29,341 nucleotides of DNA from Burkholderiaceae bacterium (GCA_041736455.1 JBGSTN010000455.1:1-29341), one strand, 5' to 3'. Counted from the first letter of the stretch, positions 9,555-18,961 are shown. Numbers and translations are program-made. Notes: a model not told the origin generated them from the letters alone.

Positions 9555-10030
9555 CAGAAGTGGTCCGGATCATTTGAACAACCGAATCCACAAGATAAGT
9601 GGATTGCCTGGGGCGGTTTACGGTGCTGAGTTGTCCACCGCGTTGCCCGCGACGAACGACCGACGCGGTGGACAACTCATCGCGCACCACTCAAGCTGCC
9701 AGTTCAAGGGTGGGCAGCGGTTTCTCATCGACGCACATTGGTGGCACTCGGCCGACCGACGAGTGAGGTCGGTCGTTGTTGAACCAGTCGATCAAGGTGG
9801 CGATTGCGCGCCATGCAATTGTGGTGCTGTCGTAGGTTTTCGAGTAGATCTCGTCGCATTTGATCGTCCGCCAGAATGGCTCCACGAAGACATTGTCACG
9901 CAATGCGCCACGTCCGCCCCTACTGCACTGGCAACCTCGATCGATGACGACGCTGACGAAGTCTTCCGCATTGAACCGACTGCCCTGTTCGGTGTTCACG
10001 AGTTCCGGAGTTCCGTGGGCCACCTATCTC
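9555..10030 (-). mobile_element. IS3-family 3' fragment (integrase core plus probable right end)
   Basis: 'TPELVNTEQGSRF...GRGALRDNVFVEPFWRTIKCDEIY...FNNDRPHSSVG..PP' is a degenerate IS3 rve core (D/E motifs drifted). An IS3-like end sequence AGAAGTGGTCC..TTTGAACA lies at about 9556-9580; this boundary is tentative. Confidence 0.75.
9627..9679. repeat. Perfect 17-bp inverted repeat (hairpin)
   Basis: TGAGTTGTCCACCGCGT (9627-9643) / ACGCGGTGGACAACTCA (9663-9679) with a 19-nt loop, between the transposase stop and the putative IS end. Confidence 0.85.
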
Positions 10031-10101
10031 ATGGCCTGGTTGAACTTGGCTGAATGCATCTGCGACACGTTACGACTCGCGCAATCAATAGCGATTAGCG
10101 C

Positions 10102-10140
10102 TGCTGCAGGGCACGCCTTGAAATCGAGCGCCCTGCAGCA
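10102..10140. terminator. Stem-loop just downstream of the phasin gene (possible terminator or stabiliser)
   Basis: 11-bp inverted repeat TGCTGCAGGGC (10102-10112) / GCCCTGCAGCA (10130-10140), 11 nt past the phasin stop. There is no clean U-tract on the phasin strand. Confidence 0.35.
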
Positions 10141-10151
10141 AATCAAATGTA

Positions 10152-10595
10152 CTACTTGTGCTGCGCCAACCCCTTCATCTCAGCGATGTTCTCCGTCATT
10201 CGCTCGGTCAGCCCAGTCATGGTCTCGACCTGTGCTTTCTGCATTACCGCTGCCATCTGACTCATGTCAGCGAGTATTTTCTGCCATGCCTTGTTTGCAG
10301 TTTCAGCGTGCCTGGTCATGCTGCTGCCCATTGGGTCGCCAGCCATGGCGCGCCGGGTGAACTCCTGCATGTCGTGCATGACCTGAGTCAACATGCCCGT
10401 TTGTGTGCGTGCCATGGCCTGCATGGCATCGTAGGCAATCTTGTTGGCCGCGACGAGCGCATCGATGTCCTTGCGGCGCGCTTGAACGAACGAATTCGTG
10501 TCCACGCCGGGCACCTTGAATTGCTCGAAAGTCATGGTCAGAGCTTGGAAAGGGTCGTACTCCGCCGTAGTGTCTTTCTTGGTGTTGGTTGCCAT
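10152..10595 (-). CDS. phaP: Phasin family protein (PHA granule-associated)
   Basis: 147 aa, helical and Ala/Gln/Met-rich, with 'FEQFKVPGVDTNSFVQARRKDIDALVAANKIAYDAMQAMARTQ', typical of proteobacterial phasins. AGGA SD upstream. Confidence 0.85.
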   Translation of the reverse strand: MATNTKKDTTAEYDPFQALTMTFEQFKVPGVDTNSFVQARRKDIDALVAANKIAYDAMQAMARTQTGMLTQVMHDMQEFTRRAMAGDPMGSSMTRHAETANKAWQKILADMSQMAAVMQKAQVETMTGLTERMTENIAEMKGLAQHK

Positions 10596-11455
10596 AACAG
10601 TTTCCTGATTTAGTGGCCTCTAGAAGAAGAGATACGCGAGCATCTGCGTGCATTGATTTTAGGTTTCTTGAGACAAAAGTTCTCGTCCACCGAGGGACAA
10701 CAACACGCCCTGTGATGGTCGGCGCGAAATCAAAATGCGTGCCTGTGATTCAGTGACTGAATTGCACCGGATCATTCAAAATCGCGCTCGTAAACCGCCG
10801 TCTGGTGCGTCAGTACGCGTTGGATGCGGTCTCAGGCAACGCCGGTTAAACCGAGGATTTCAATCAAGCATTGCCGAATCTTTGCGTTCGACCATTTGTC
10901 AAAAGCTATGTGGCGCGTGCGAACGGATTTGCCGCTTGACGCCGATTGCTCGGCATTCGCAATACCCCGCTATGGCGCGTCGATCCTGCTGAGAGAGATG
11001 GTCACTGCATCGATCCGGGCAAACCGGAACGAGCCAAACATCGACAGGAGGTACGGATGGCAGCAGATCGCCTGAACTCGTCGTATCGCCATCGAACCTG
11101 CCGCGCTGCGGACTTCTATTGTTCGGTGATCAGGATCGGTTTGAAGGTGAAAAGAAGATACAGCGGGTAGCGTGACAGGTCGCAGGCCTTGAACGACGGC
11201 GTTTCATCTTGTACGTCTGAACACATGACGTGTGAAGACCCATTCGCGCCTGGCATCCCGGCCATCGGTGTTCACAGTGACGGTCGCTCGCAAGACGTCT
11301 TGCGAGAAGCGTCGATTCAAATCTGGCCGGAATGGCGTATTTCGGGTATGCGTCATCGGATCTCAAGTTTCATACTTCGATCCGCACGGCGCGGTTCGAC
11401 ACAGCGTCCCTCATGCTCGTCGGTGACGCACAACACAGACCACAGGAGATGGATC

Positions 11456-12427
11456 ATGACGGACTCGATTCATGAGGCATCGTTGTCTATTCGAAGGTCG
11501 AATCGACCAGCCAGACGACACGCGCTGGATCAGCGCATCGCCATAACCGCAGCGACCGGGCTACTGTTCGGTGTTTTGCTGTTGCTGCTGGGCGGCTGCA
11601 ACAGCGAGAACGATACCTCGGCTCCGACGACCACGCGGCAGATCTCCGCGGGCTCCGGCCACGCCTGTGCGCTGACGGGCGCCGGCGCGCGCTGCTGGGG
11701 CAGGGACGACTTTGGCGAAAGTAACGTGCCATCCGATCTGACAGGCATCGTCCAGATTGCCGCGGGCAGTGAGTACACCTGTGCCCTGGCCAGCTCCGGC
11801 GTGCGCTGCTGGGGACGGAGCGAGTTCGGTCAGACTACCGTTCCGGGCGATCTGACCGGCGTCACGCAGGTGTCCGCCGGCTCGTTCCCGATGTGTGCCC
11901 TGGCCAGCACAGTTGTACGCTGCTGGGGCGACAGTCAGGCCAACCAGCTCACCGTCCCCGGAGATCTGACCGGCGTCATGCGTATCGCTGCTGGCGGCGA
12001 TCACGCCTGCGCATTGACCAGTACCGGCGTGCGCTGTTGGGGAAACAATGTCAGCGGCCAAACCACTGTCCCTGACGATCTGACGGGCGTCACCCGAATC
12101 TCTGCCGGATTTTTGCACACGTGTGCCCTGACCGATATCGGCGTGCGCTGCTGGGGTGCGAACGGTTTTGGCCAATCCACTGTTCCCAGCGATCTGACCG
12201 GCGTCATCGAGATCTCAGCGGGTGACGACTATACCTGTGCGTTGGCCAATACCGCCGTGCGCTGTTGGGGTTGGAACGACATGGGCCAGTTCACCGTCCC
12301 CAGCGACCTCAATGGCGTCACCCAAATCTCTGCAGGCAGTGGCCACATCTGTGCCTTGACGAGCACCGGCGTGCGCTGCTGGGGTAACAATACGTCCGGC
12401 CAAACGACGATACCGGACGGACTGTGA
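11456..12427 (+). CDS. RCC1/BLIP-II-like beta-propeller lipoprotein
   Basis: ATG at 11456 after a GGAG SD. Signal peptide with basic n-region, hydrophobic h-region and lipobox 'LLGGC', then seven 38-aa repeats 'QISAG..H.CAL...GVRCWG....GQ.TVP.DLTG'. Confidence 0.85.
   Translation: MTDSIHEASLSIRRSNRPARRHALDQRIAITAATGLLFGVLLLLLGGCNSENDTSAPTTTRQISAGSGHACALTGAGARCWGRDDFGESNVPSDLTGIVQIAAGSEYTCALASSGVRCWGRSEFGQTTVPGDLTGVTQVSAGSFPMCALASTVVRCWGDSQANQLTVPGDLTGVMRIAAGGDHACALTSTGVRCWGNNVSGQTTVPDDLTGVTRISAGFLHTCALTDIGVRCWGANGFGQSTVPSDLTGVIEISAGDDYTCALANTAVRCWGWNDMGQFTVPSDLNGVTQISAGSGHICALTSTGVRCWGNNTSGQTTIPDGL
11633..12424 (+). repeat. Seven tandem 114-bp coding repeats
   Basis: The codons for 'RCWG' recur every 114 nt (CGC at 11690, 11804 and onward), giving seven units up to the stop. 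Confidence 0.9.
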
Positions 12428-12755
12428 TGCGGCGCGCGCGTGAACCTTGCGGCGCCGCAGGGCGAGGGGAGGGCTTGCAACCAGTACGTCTGGCGGTATC
12501 GTCGGCCATTGGCGAGTTCCGGCTAACAGCGGGCGTCAGCCGCTGGGTCAACGGCCGCTGTCGACCCCATGCCGATTTCGGAATATCCGGTGTCGCGAGC
12601 ACACCGCAGGCTGCTTACATGGAGTCCTTGCTGCACGACGTCTCGCTGTCGCCCCCGGGCATGTTCGAGGTGGTCTCGTTGTCCGACTACCACCTGGTGA
12701 CGCTTCAGCTGCCAGCTTCGCTGCGTTACGTCAATTTTCACACGCCTTACCTGCG

Positions 12756-13760
12756 TCAATCGCCCCAGCAGTTTCGGACACCGTATTCGATGTCGTTCGA
12801 TTGCACGCCGGGTGCGGGGTCGCTCGTGACCAGCCTCACGCCGGTATCGAGATTGCCGCCTGGCGCTTCGCCTTTGCGGATGGCCGTTGCGAGCGCGCGG
12901 ACGCCTTCTCGTGCCATGTTTGCCGGGAACTGCATGGCGGTTGCATCGATTTCGCCTGATCTCACGACGCTCTTCATCGCACGGCAACCGCCGTCGACGG
13001 ACACGAGGATCGTTCGGCCGAGATCCACCTTGGCATTCTTGAGTGCTTCCAGCGCTCCCAGCGCGGCGGGCTCGTTGACCGTATAGACAATGTTGACCTT
13101 CGGCGTCTTGCCGAGGATCTCGGCCATGCGCGTTTTCGCGCGCTCTCGATCGCCTTCGGTATCGACGGTCGCGACGATGGCCGGGTCGCCCTTAGCCAGT
13201 CCGAATCCTTCGAGAAACCCATTGCGCCGCAATTCGCCCGAACTGATACCGGGCGCCAAGTCAAGCATCGCGATCTTCGGTTCGATGTTCAACTGCTTCG
13301 CCTTCGCCGACGCGTACTCCCCGATACGTCGGCCGGCATTCGCGTTGTCGGTCGCGAAGAAGGCATTGACCGCGTCGGGCGGATCGACCGGCGTATCGAC
13401 GGCGATGACGATGACTCCCGCGCGCCGTGCCGCTTCGATCGCCGGCAGCAGCTTCGTCGAGTTCGTCGGCGCGATGAGAATGCCCTTCGCGCCGCTGGCG
13501 ACCATTTGCTCGAGTGCCCTCTGCTGGCTTTCGACGTCGACGTCGCTGTTGCCCGTTGCCGTGAGCAGGTTGACTTTGCTGTCCTTCGCGGTTGCCATCG
13601 CCACCTCGCGCATCGTGATCCAGTACGGGTTCGCTTCCTGCTTGGTGATCAACCCGATCGTCACATCGTACTTTTCAGAGCAAGCCACGAGGCTGAACGC
13701 CAGCCCTGCCAGGACCAGTGGTCCGGCGACGTGCCGCAGGGTTGCCGAGTCGATCATCAT
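12756..13760 (-). CDS. Periplasmic-binding-protein type I sugar-binding lipoprotein (FrcB/RbsB-like)
   Basis: 334 aa; lipobox 'FSLVAC'; motifs 'GLITKQEANPYWITM', 'VIAVDTP', 'ATDNANAG', 'VYTVNEPAALGA' and 'SVDGGC' resemble the fructose-binding FrcB group. The ATG overlaps the upstream stop (ATGA). Confidence 0.85.
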   Translation of the reverse strand: MMIDSATLRHVAGPLVLAGLAFSLVACSEKYDVTIGLITKQEANPYWITMREVAMATAKDSKVNLLTATGNSDVDVESQQRALEQMVASGAKGILIAPTNSTKLLPAIEAARRAGVIVIAVDTPVDPPDAVNAFFATDNANAGRRIGEYASAKAKQLNIEPKIAMLDLAPGISSGELRRNGFLEGFGLAKGDPAIVATVDTEGDRERAKTRMAEILGKTPKVNIVYTVNEPAALGALEALKNAKVDLGRTILVSVDGGCRAMKSVVRSGEIDATAMQFPANMAREGVRALATAIRKGEAPGGNLDTGVRLVTSDPAPGVQSNDIEYGVRNCWGD

Positions 13761-15109
13761 GCGAGCCCCCTTGCCGGTGCGTCGGGTTCGTCTTGCTCGT
13801 CGACGATGTCCGGTCGCGTGTGATTCAGGTCGAACAGCGCATAGGCGGCCACGAGGGCGAGGCAGATCGCGGGCACGATGTAACCCATGGCCGACCCTGC
13901 CAAGTCCATGACCGCAGCATGCGCCATCGGCATGATGGCACCGCCTAGAATCGCCATGACCAGTCCCGCCGAGCCGAATTTGGCATCATCGCCAAGTCCC
14001 TGCAGGGCCAGGCCGTAGATGGTCGGGAACATCAGCGACAGCGAAGCGGATGTCGCGACAACTGCGATCAGTCCGATGATGTTCAGCGCTACGAGCGAAA
14101 CCAGGCAGCACGCCACGCCGAACAGCGCCATGATCATCAACAACAGTGCCGGTCGAATCACGCCGAGCAGCCAGGTCATCAGGAAACGCGAGAACAGGAA
14201 GATGATGAGGCTGCCTTGCAGCCACCAACCCGCAGCGATCGGTGATACACCCACGACGTCCTGCGCGTAGAGAATGGTGAAAGTCCAGACGCAGGTCTGC
14301 GCTGCGACATTGAAGAACTGCGCGATCACCCCGTAACGGTAGTGCCGGTTATTCCAGAGCCGGCTTCCTACATTGGCGGAAGGCATGGCGCCTCGAGCTG
14401 CGAGCTCGGCCGGCGATTTCTGCGTCGGCAAGTCGAATTTCGTGAAGAAAATCAGCAGCCAGATGACGACGAGCACGAAGGCAATGCCGAGATACGGCGC
14501 CAGTACGAGGCCCAGATCCGCTTCCTGGCTGGCACGCAAGCGCTCCTCGCTCATGATCGCCTTGCTGGATTCGGGCGTCAGCGACGGCAGGATCATCACC
14601 GCCCCCATGAGGACACCGATATTCGCGCCGATCGGGTTGAAGGATTGAGCGAGGTTCAACCGTTGCGTTGCCGAAGACTCTTTTCCCATCGCGATGACGA
14701 ACGGATTAGCCGAGGTTTCGAGGATCGAGAGTCCGGCGGCAAGCGTGAACAGCGCCAGGAGGAACATTTCGTAGGCAAGTAGTTTGCTCGCTGGCAGGAA
14801 CATCAATCCGCCGATCGCGGCGAGACCCAGGCCCAGCAGCACACCGGTCTTGTAGCCATATTTGTTGATGACGAAGCCTGCTGGCAGTGCCAGCACGAAA
14901 TACGCGCCGTAGTAGGCGAACTGGACCAGAGAGGACTGGAAGTTCGACATGTCGAAGATGCCGCGAAAAACGCCGACCAGTATGTCGGTGAGGTTTGCCG
15001 CTGCGCCCCATGCCGTGAAGCAGAGGACGAGCAATACGAACGGCACAACGAGTTCTCGTGGTACGAAAGACTCGGAGTTCGACATGTCATCGCGCGTGAG
15101 TCTCGACAT
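13757..15109 (-). CDS. fucP: FucP/GluP-family (fucose:H+ symporter-like) MFS sugar permease
   Basis: Likely ATG at 15109 with a GAGGAG SD (450 aa). Motifs 'LVQFAYYGAYFVLALPAG', 'GLSILETSANPFV', 'RLNLAQSFNPIG', 'QFFNVAAQ' and 'SLMFPTIYGLAL' are diagnostic of the FucP family. The symbol denotes the family; the substrate is unproven. Confidence 0.88.
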   Translation of the reverse strand: MSRLTRDDMSNSESFVPRELVVPFVLLVLCFTAWGAAANLTDILVGVFRGIFDMSNFQSSLVQFAYYGAYFVLALPAGFVINKYGYKTGVLLGLGLAAIGGLMFLPASKLLAYEMFLLALFTLAAGLSILETSANPFVIAMGKESSATQRLNLAQSFNPIGANIGVLMGAVMILPSLTPESSKAIMSEERLRASQEADLGLVLAPYLGIAFVLVVIWLLIFFTKFDLPTQKSPAELAARGAMPSANVGSRLWNNRHYRYGVIAQFFNVAAQTCVWTFTILYAQDVVGVSPIAAGWWLQGSLIIFLFSRFLMTWLLGVIRPALLLMIMALFGVACCLVSLVALNIIGLIAVVATSASLSLMFPTIYGLALQGLGDDAKFGSAGLVMAILGGAIMPMAHAAVMDLAGSAMGYIVPAICLALVAAYALFDLNHTRPDIVDEQDEPDAPARGLA

Positions 15110-15369
15110 AGGTCTCCTCGTGGGTTCGAGTTTCCGAGCGTCCACAGGCATGCACTTTGAACAGATGCAGAACTCGCCGATGCTCGTCAGTCGAGATCCG
15201 GGACGGCCTGTCGACCAGTATAGGTTCATCTGGGATTCGGGGTTGGCGACAAGGGATTGGGCAAATTTCCATACCAACATCGTTCTACGTCATGCGACAC
15301 GCATTGGCGCCACTAGCCTTGGGCCTCTGCGTGTTCAAACGAGCGGAGCCGGCTCTGACCCGCCAAGGC

Positions 15370-17154
15370 TCATTGAACCGTAGCAGTTTCACCACTGCAG
15401 CGCATGCAGTTCCGCCCCGCATGCTTTCCGGAATACATCGCGCTGTCGGCACGTTTGAGCAATTCGGCTGCGTGCAGGCCATCGCGCGGTGCAAGCGCGT
15501 AGCCGACGGTCAAGCCGACGTGGCACGTCTGCCCAGCCACATCGAACGGCGCACCGATGCCGTCGAGCAACTTCTGCCCCAGGCGCCGCGCTTCTATTTC
15601 GTTGGGCAGATGAAGCGCCACCACCACAAACTCGTCGCCACCCAGGCGAGCGATGGTGTCGCTGGCGCGTAAGAGTGACTTGAGCCGCTTGGCCACGCCA
15701 ACCAGCAGATCATCGCCCGCATCGTGCCCGAGCCGGTCGTTGATCGCCTTGAATCCGTCCAGATCGAGCAGGTACACCGCGACAAGACGCTCCGGCGCCG
15801 CCGCGGGCAAAGCGCGTTGCAACACCTCGCTTAGTCCGCGGCGATTGGGTAGACCCGTCAGCGCATCGGTCTGTGCCAGCACACGCTGCGTGTCGCGTTC
15901 GATGCCCGCGCGCTGCGCCGATTCGCGGATGTCCTGCGTGCGAACACCCAGCACCAGCAGCCAGGTGACGGCCTCGAACAGCGAGACGAACTGCATCGCG
16001 TGCTGGGTCCAATAGGTGGCCGGCAGCAGGCCCTGGAACATACCGAGGAACACTATCAGGCCGAGGAAGTGGACGACCCATCCATAGACCATCCATCGCG
16101 CGGCACGATCGCCGCGGCGCATCCGCTCGACCGCTGCGTAGGTGGACATCAGCAGCAGGAGCGGCCCGCCTACGCTCACGATCGCAGACGCGGCTTGGAA
16201 ATCGAGCACGCCCAGACAGACTGCCAGCGCGCCTGCCGCGCCTTCGATCCTGGCCACTGCAAGCCCGATTGACAGGCGCCGGTTCCACTGACCCACGGAC
16301 AACGCTCGCTCTGTGAATCCTGCAGCGCCAAGGTGAATCAGGAACACTGCCAGCACCGGTGCGTGGATGGAGAGCCAGGCGCTGTCGCGCCAAAGATGCT
16401 GGGCAGCGAAGCCGAAATAGCCGAATGACAGCGTCGCCGAGCCGAACACATAGACTGCGTAATCAAGGAACATTCGATCGCGCGACAATAGCCACTGCGC
16501 CAGACCGTAGCCGAGAAGACACAAGCCGATGCCTGCGAGGATGCCTTGGACAACTTGCTCCCGCGCCTCGCGGTCATGAAGTGCCATCGGGCTGAGGAAC
16601 GAGATCGGCACGATCAGCTTGGTCGCTGTCACTCGCACGATCACTTCATACGGCCGACCGGGCTCCAGCGTCATCAGGACGGCGTGGGAGCGGGTCGGAA
16701 TCGGCCGTTGTGTGAACGGGACCGCGCTACCGAGCGCGAAGTGCCGGACCACGGCTGCGTTCGCGACGAGGTAGATGTCGACATGCTCCAGCGCCGGGGA
16801 GTCGATGTCCATCACCCAGCGGTCGTCTTCATCGCGGGATACAACCACGGGAACTCGCAGCCACGTCACGCCGGGGCGGTCACCCAAGTTCGATCGCGGT
16901 GATTGCGGTGAGCGAAAGTCGCCCGCGCGCCGTATGACGTCGCTAAGCGCGAGCGATCCGGTGGGATCGGCCAGGATTGTCACGTTGGCCCAAGCATCCA
17001 CCGGTCCAGCAGCCTCTGTCAGGACCAGGCGTTGGGATTGGGCTGCACACCACGCGGGCGCCACCAACAACGAGGCCGCCATGCCGACGACCAGGCACGA
17101 TTTGACACTCAAATCCCGCAGGCGCTGCAAAAACGAAAGGAGAGTGAAGAACAC
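15370..17154 (-). CDS. Diguanylate cyclase with 7TMR-DISM extracellular and 7TM domains
   Basis: Signal-like N-terminus, DISMED2-like 'NLGDRPGVTWLRV...IDSPALEHVDIY', seven hydrophobic segments, then 'DALTGLPNRR', 'DLDGFKAINDRLGHDAGD', I-site RASD and an intact GGDEF. Confidence 0.92.
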   Translation of the reverse strand: MFFTLLSFLQRLRDLSVKSCLVVGMAASLLVAPAWCAAQSQRLVLTEAAGPVDAWANVTILADPTGSLALSDVIRRAGDFRSPQSPRSNLGDRPGVTWLRVPVVVSRDEDDRWVMDIDSPALEHVDIYLVANAAVVRHFALGSAVPFTQRPIPTRSHAVLMTLEPGRPYEVIVRVTATKLIVPISFLSPMALHDREAREQVVQGILAGIGLCLLGYGLAQWLLSRDRMFLDYAVYVFGSATLSFGYFGFAAQHLWRDSAWLSIHAPVLAVFLIHLGAAGFTERALSVGQWNRRLSIGLAVARIEGAAGALAVCLGVLDFQAASAIVSVGGPLLLLMSTYAAVERMRRGDRAARWMVYGWVVHFLGLIVFLGMFQGLLPATYWTQHAMQFVSLFEAVTWLLVLGVRTQDIRESAQRAGIERDTQRVLAQTDALTGLPNRRGLSEVLQRALPAAAPERLVAVYLLDLDGFKAINDRLGHDAGDDLLVGVAKRLKSLLRASDTIARLGGDEFVVVALHLPNEIEARRLGQKLLDGIGAPFDVAGQTCHVGLTVGYALAPRDGLHAAELLKRADSAMYSGKHAGRNCMRCSGETATVQ

Positions 17155-17241
17155 GTTGATCAGCGCCCGAGTTTTGTAACCGCGCGTTCGCGCGCAGGCG
17201 GGATGATCCGCATACTGTTATCGGCGCTCAAGTCCGCAACT

Positions 17242-17680
17242 TGATGGCCCCGGTCCCAAGGCTGCCCTGCGCCGCGACGCACGCGATTACGGCTCCTCTT
17301 GGCAAAGGAGAAGCCAATGAAGAAGAGCTAATTCAGCGACGAACAGATCGTCGAGATTCTGAAGGAGTCGGAGAAGTCGACCATCGCGGCGGCTGCACGC
17401 GAGCACAAAGTCAGTGAGAGCACGATCTACATCTGGCGCAAACACTTTGCCGGAATGGAGACTTCAGACATGAAACGTCTGAAGGTTTTGGAGCAGGAAA
17501 ACGCCAAGCGCAAGAAGATGCTCGCGGAGCGAGACCGCGAGATCGATGCCATGGGCGAGGTGTTGCGAAAAAAATGATGAGCCCACAGGTTCGGCAACAG
17601 CAGGCTCGCCTTCTCTGCGAAAGGGGCTTGTCGACCCGCCGAGCGTGTGGGCTGACGGGCGTGTCGAGGAGTGATCCAAA
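17242..17680 (+). mobile_element. IS3-family (IS407-like) 5' fragment: orfA with a nonsense codon, frameshift site and start of orfB
   Basis: orfA 17317-17577 reads 'MKKS*FSDEQIVEILKE...ESTIYIWRKHFAGM...RLKVLEQENAKRKKMLAE...LRKK*' (TAA at 17329-17331). The A7 slippery run at 17568-17574 leads into the -1 frame 'MMSPQVRQQQARLLCERGLSTRRACGLTGVSRS'; similarity then ends. The left boundary (TGATGGCCCC) is tentative. Confidence 0.85.
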
Positions 17681-18113
17681 CCGTGGGAGGCCCTCATTGT
17701 CGGAATTCGCAGCCCATCGAGCGCGCGTCAGCAGGCTGCCGAGCGGGATGTGGCCCCTACCTCGTCCGGGTAAGGTTCTTTCGGTAGATCGAGTGCGCCC
17801 AAATGCCAGCGGCGGCGCTGTGCGGGCCGACATCGGCTACGCCGGCGCTATTGCTAAGTGATTGGAGTGACCATGCGACTGATTGTCGAAACCTGCCTCG
17901 AGAGGGCGCGCACTATTTGGCGCTGGTCAGAGTCGCCGTTCTCAACGGCGAATGCTCGGTGCGTCGACTTGCGTCATTGGCAAACAGGCCGGCAGCAAAC
18001 TTAACTAAAATGCGCGAGGCAGCGTGTTTCAAGCCTTCCAAAATTTTGATCACCCTCGATCGCATTGACACGAATGGAGGAAGATCCATTTCTGCTTCTG
18101 CTACGTGATTGGA

Positions 18114-18917
18114 TCAGCTGCGATCGCGAAAGTAAGGATCAGGTCTGTACTCGCATTTGGACGTGTTCGCATACGAGTAGCGAAGTTCCACCGGTCGATC
18201 CTTGAACGAATAGACCACTCGAACGATCTGCAGCAAAGGGGCACCAACGTCTGTTTTCAAGAGCAACGCCTGACTCCGTGTTGCGGCGTGCCCGCGAACG
18301 CGTTCCGAGGCCCTGACCACCGTGATGTCGAATTCGTCCTGATACATCTGGTATAGCGTCGTCTGCCGCTCGCGCAGCCGTGTTTCGGTCAAGCCGGAAA
18401 ACAGCGCAGCGGGAAGAAATATTTCGTCCAGCGAGGCGACTTCGCCGCGCAATGAGAGTTCGTTTGAAAGGTGATGCAGCGCCGACCCGGCCTTGACGGT
18501 CAGGGCGTCGGAGGCGAACTCGTCGGCAATTGCAGTGCGATATGACAGGAATCGAACTTCCGGGTATTCCTTGTGGCCGTCGTGCCCTACGAGGTGGAAG
18601 AACGAAAACAGGTAGCGATCCTGGCTATGACGCGCGACGAAAGTGCCACGACCCTGCTGGCGAATCAGCACGCCGGAAGCTGTCAGTTCGTCGACCGCCT
18701 TGCGCAGTGTCCCCATGCTGACTCCAAAGCGCGCACATAGCTTTTTTTCCGGGGGAATCGCCTCGCCCGGGCGCCACTCGCCAGAACGTATTGCTTCGGA
18801 GATTCGACGCCGAACTTCGAGGTAGATCGGTGTACCCGGCTGAACCCATGAATCCACGGTTCTACCGGTCCCACTTCTAGGATCAATCATCTCTGCGATC
18901 TCGCTTGCTTTGCTCAT
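18114..18917 (-). CDS. GntR family regulator, HutC subfamily (wHTH + UTRA), probable regulator of the sulfonate operon
   Basis: 'PIYLEVRRRI..AIRSGEWRPGEAIPPEKKLCARFGVSMGTLRKAVDELTASGVLIRQQGRGTFV' followed by a UTRA-like C-terminus ('TTLYQMYQ..F.I.V..A.E.V'). Divergent from suyA. The ATG at 18917 is preferred over the TTG at 18929. Confidence 0.92.
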   Translation of the reverse strand: MSKASEIAEMIDPRSGTGRTVDSWVQPGTPIYLEVRRRISEAIRSGEWRPGEAIPPEKKLCARFGVSMGTLRKAVDELTASGVLIRQQGRGTFVARHSQDRYLFSFFHLVGHDGHKEYPEVRFLSYRTAIADEFASDALTVKAGSALHHLSNELSLRGEVASLDEIFLPAALFSGLTETRLRERQTTLYQMYQDEFDITVVRASERVRGHAATRSQALLLKTDVGAPLLQIVRVVYSFKDRPVELRYSYANTSKCEYRPDPYFRDRS

Positions 18918-18931
18918 GATTCTACCCAAAA

Positions 18932-18950
18932 CATATCATATGATTCATAT
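18932..18950. promoter_or_regulatory. Candidate GntR operator
   Basis: Palindrome ATCATATGAT (18935-18944) within three CATAT copies (18932, 18937, 18946), between the gntR start and the -35 of the suyA promoter. Confidence 0.5.
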
Positions 18951-18961
18951 AGATCATTCAG

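Noticed and set aside
11633-12424. CRISPR array or diversity-generating retroelement explanation for the 114-bp repeats
   Set aside because: The repeats are in-frame coding units with no repeat-spacer structure, no cas or reverse transcriptase gene is in the window, and I found no template/variable repeat pair.
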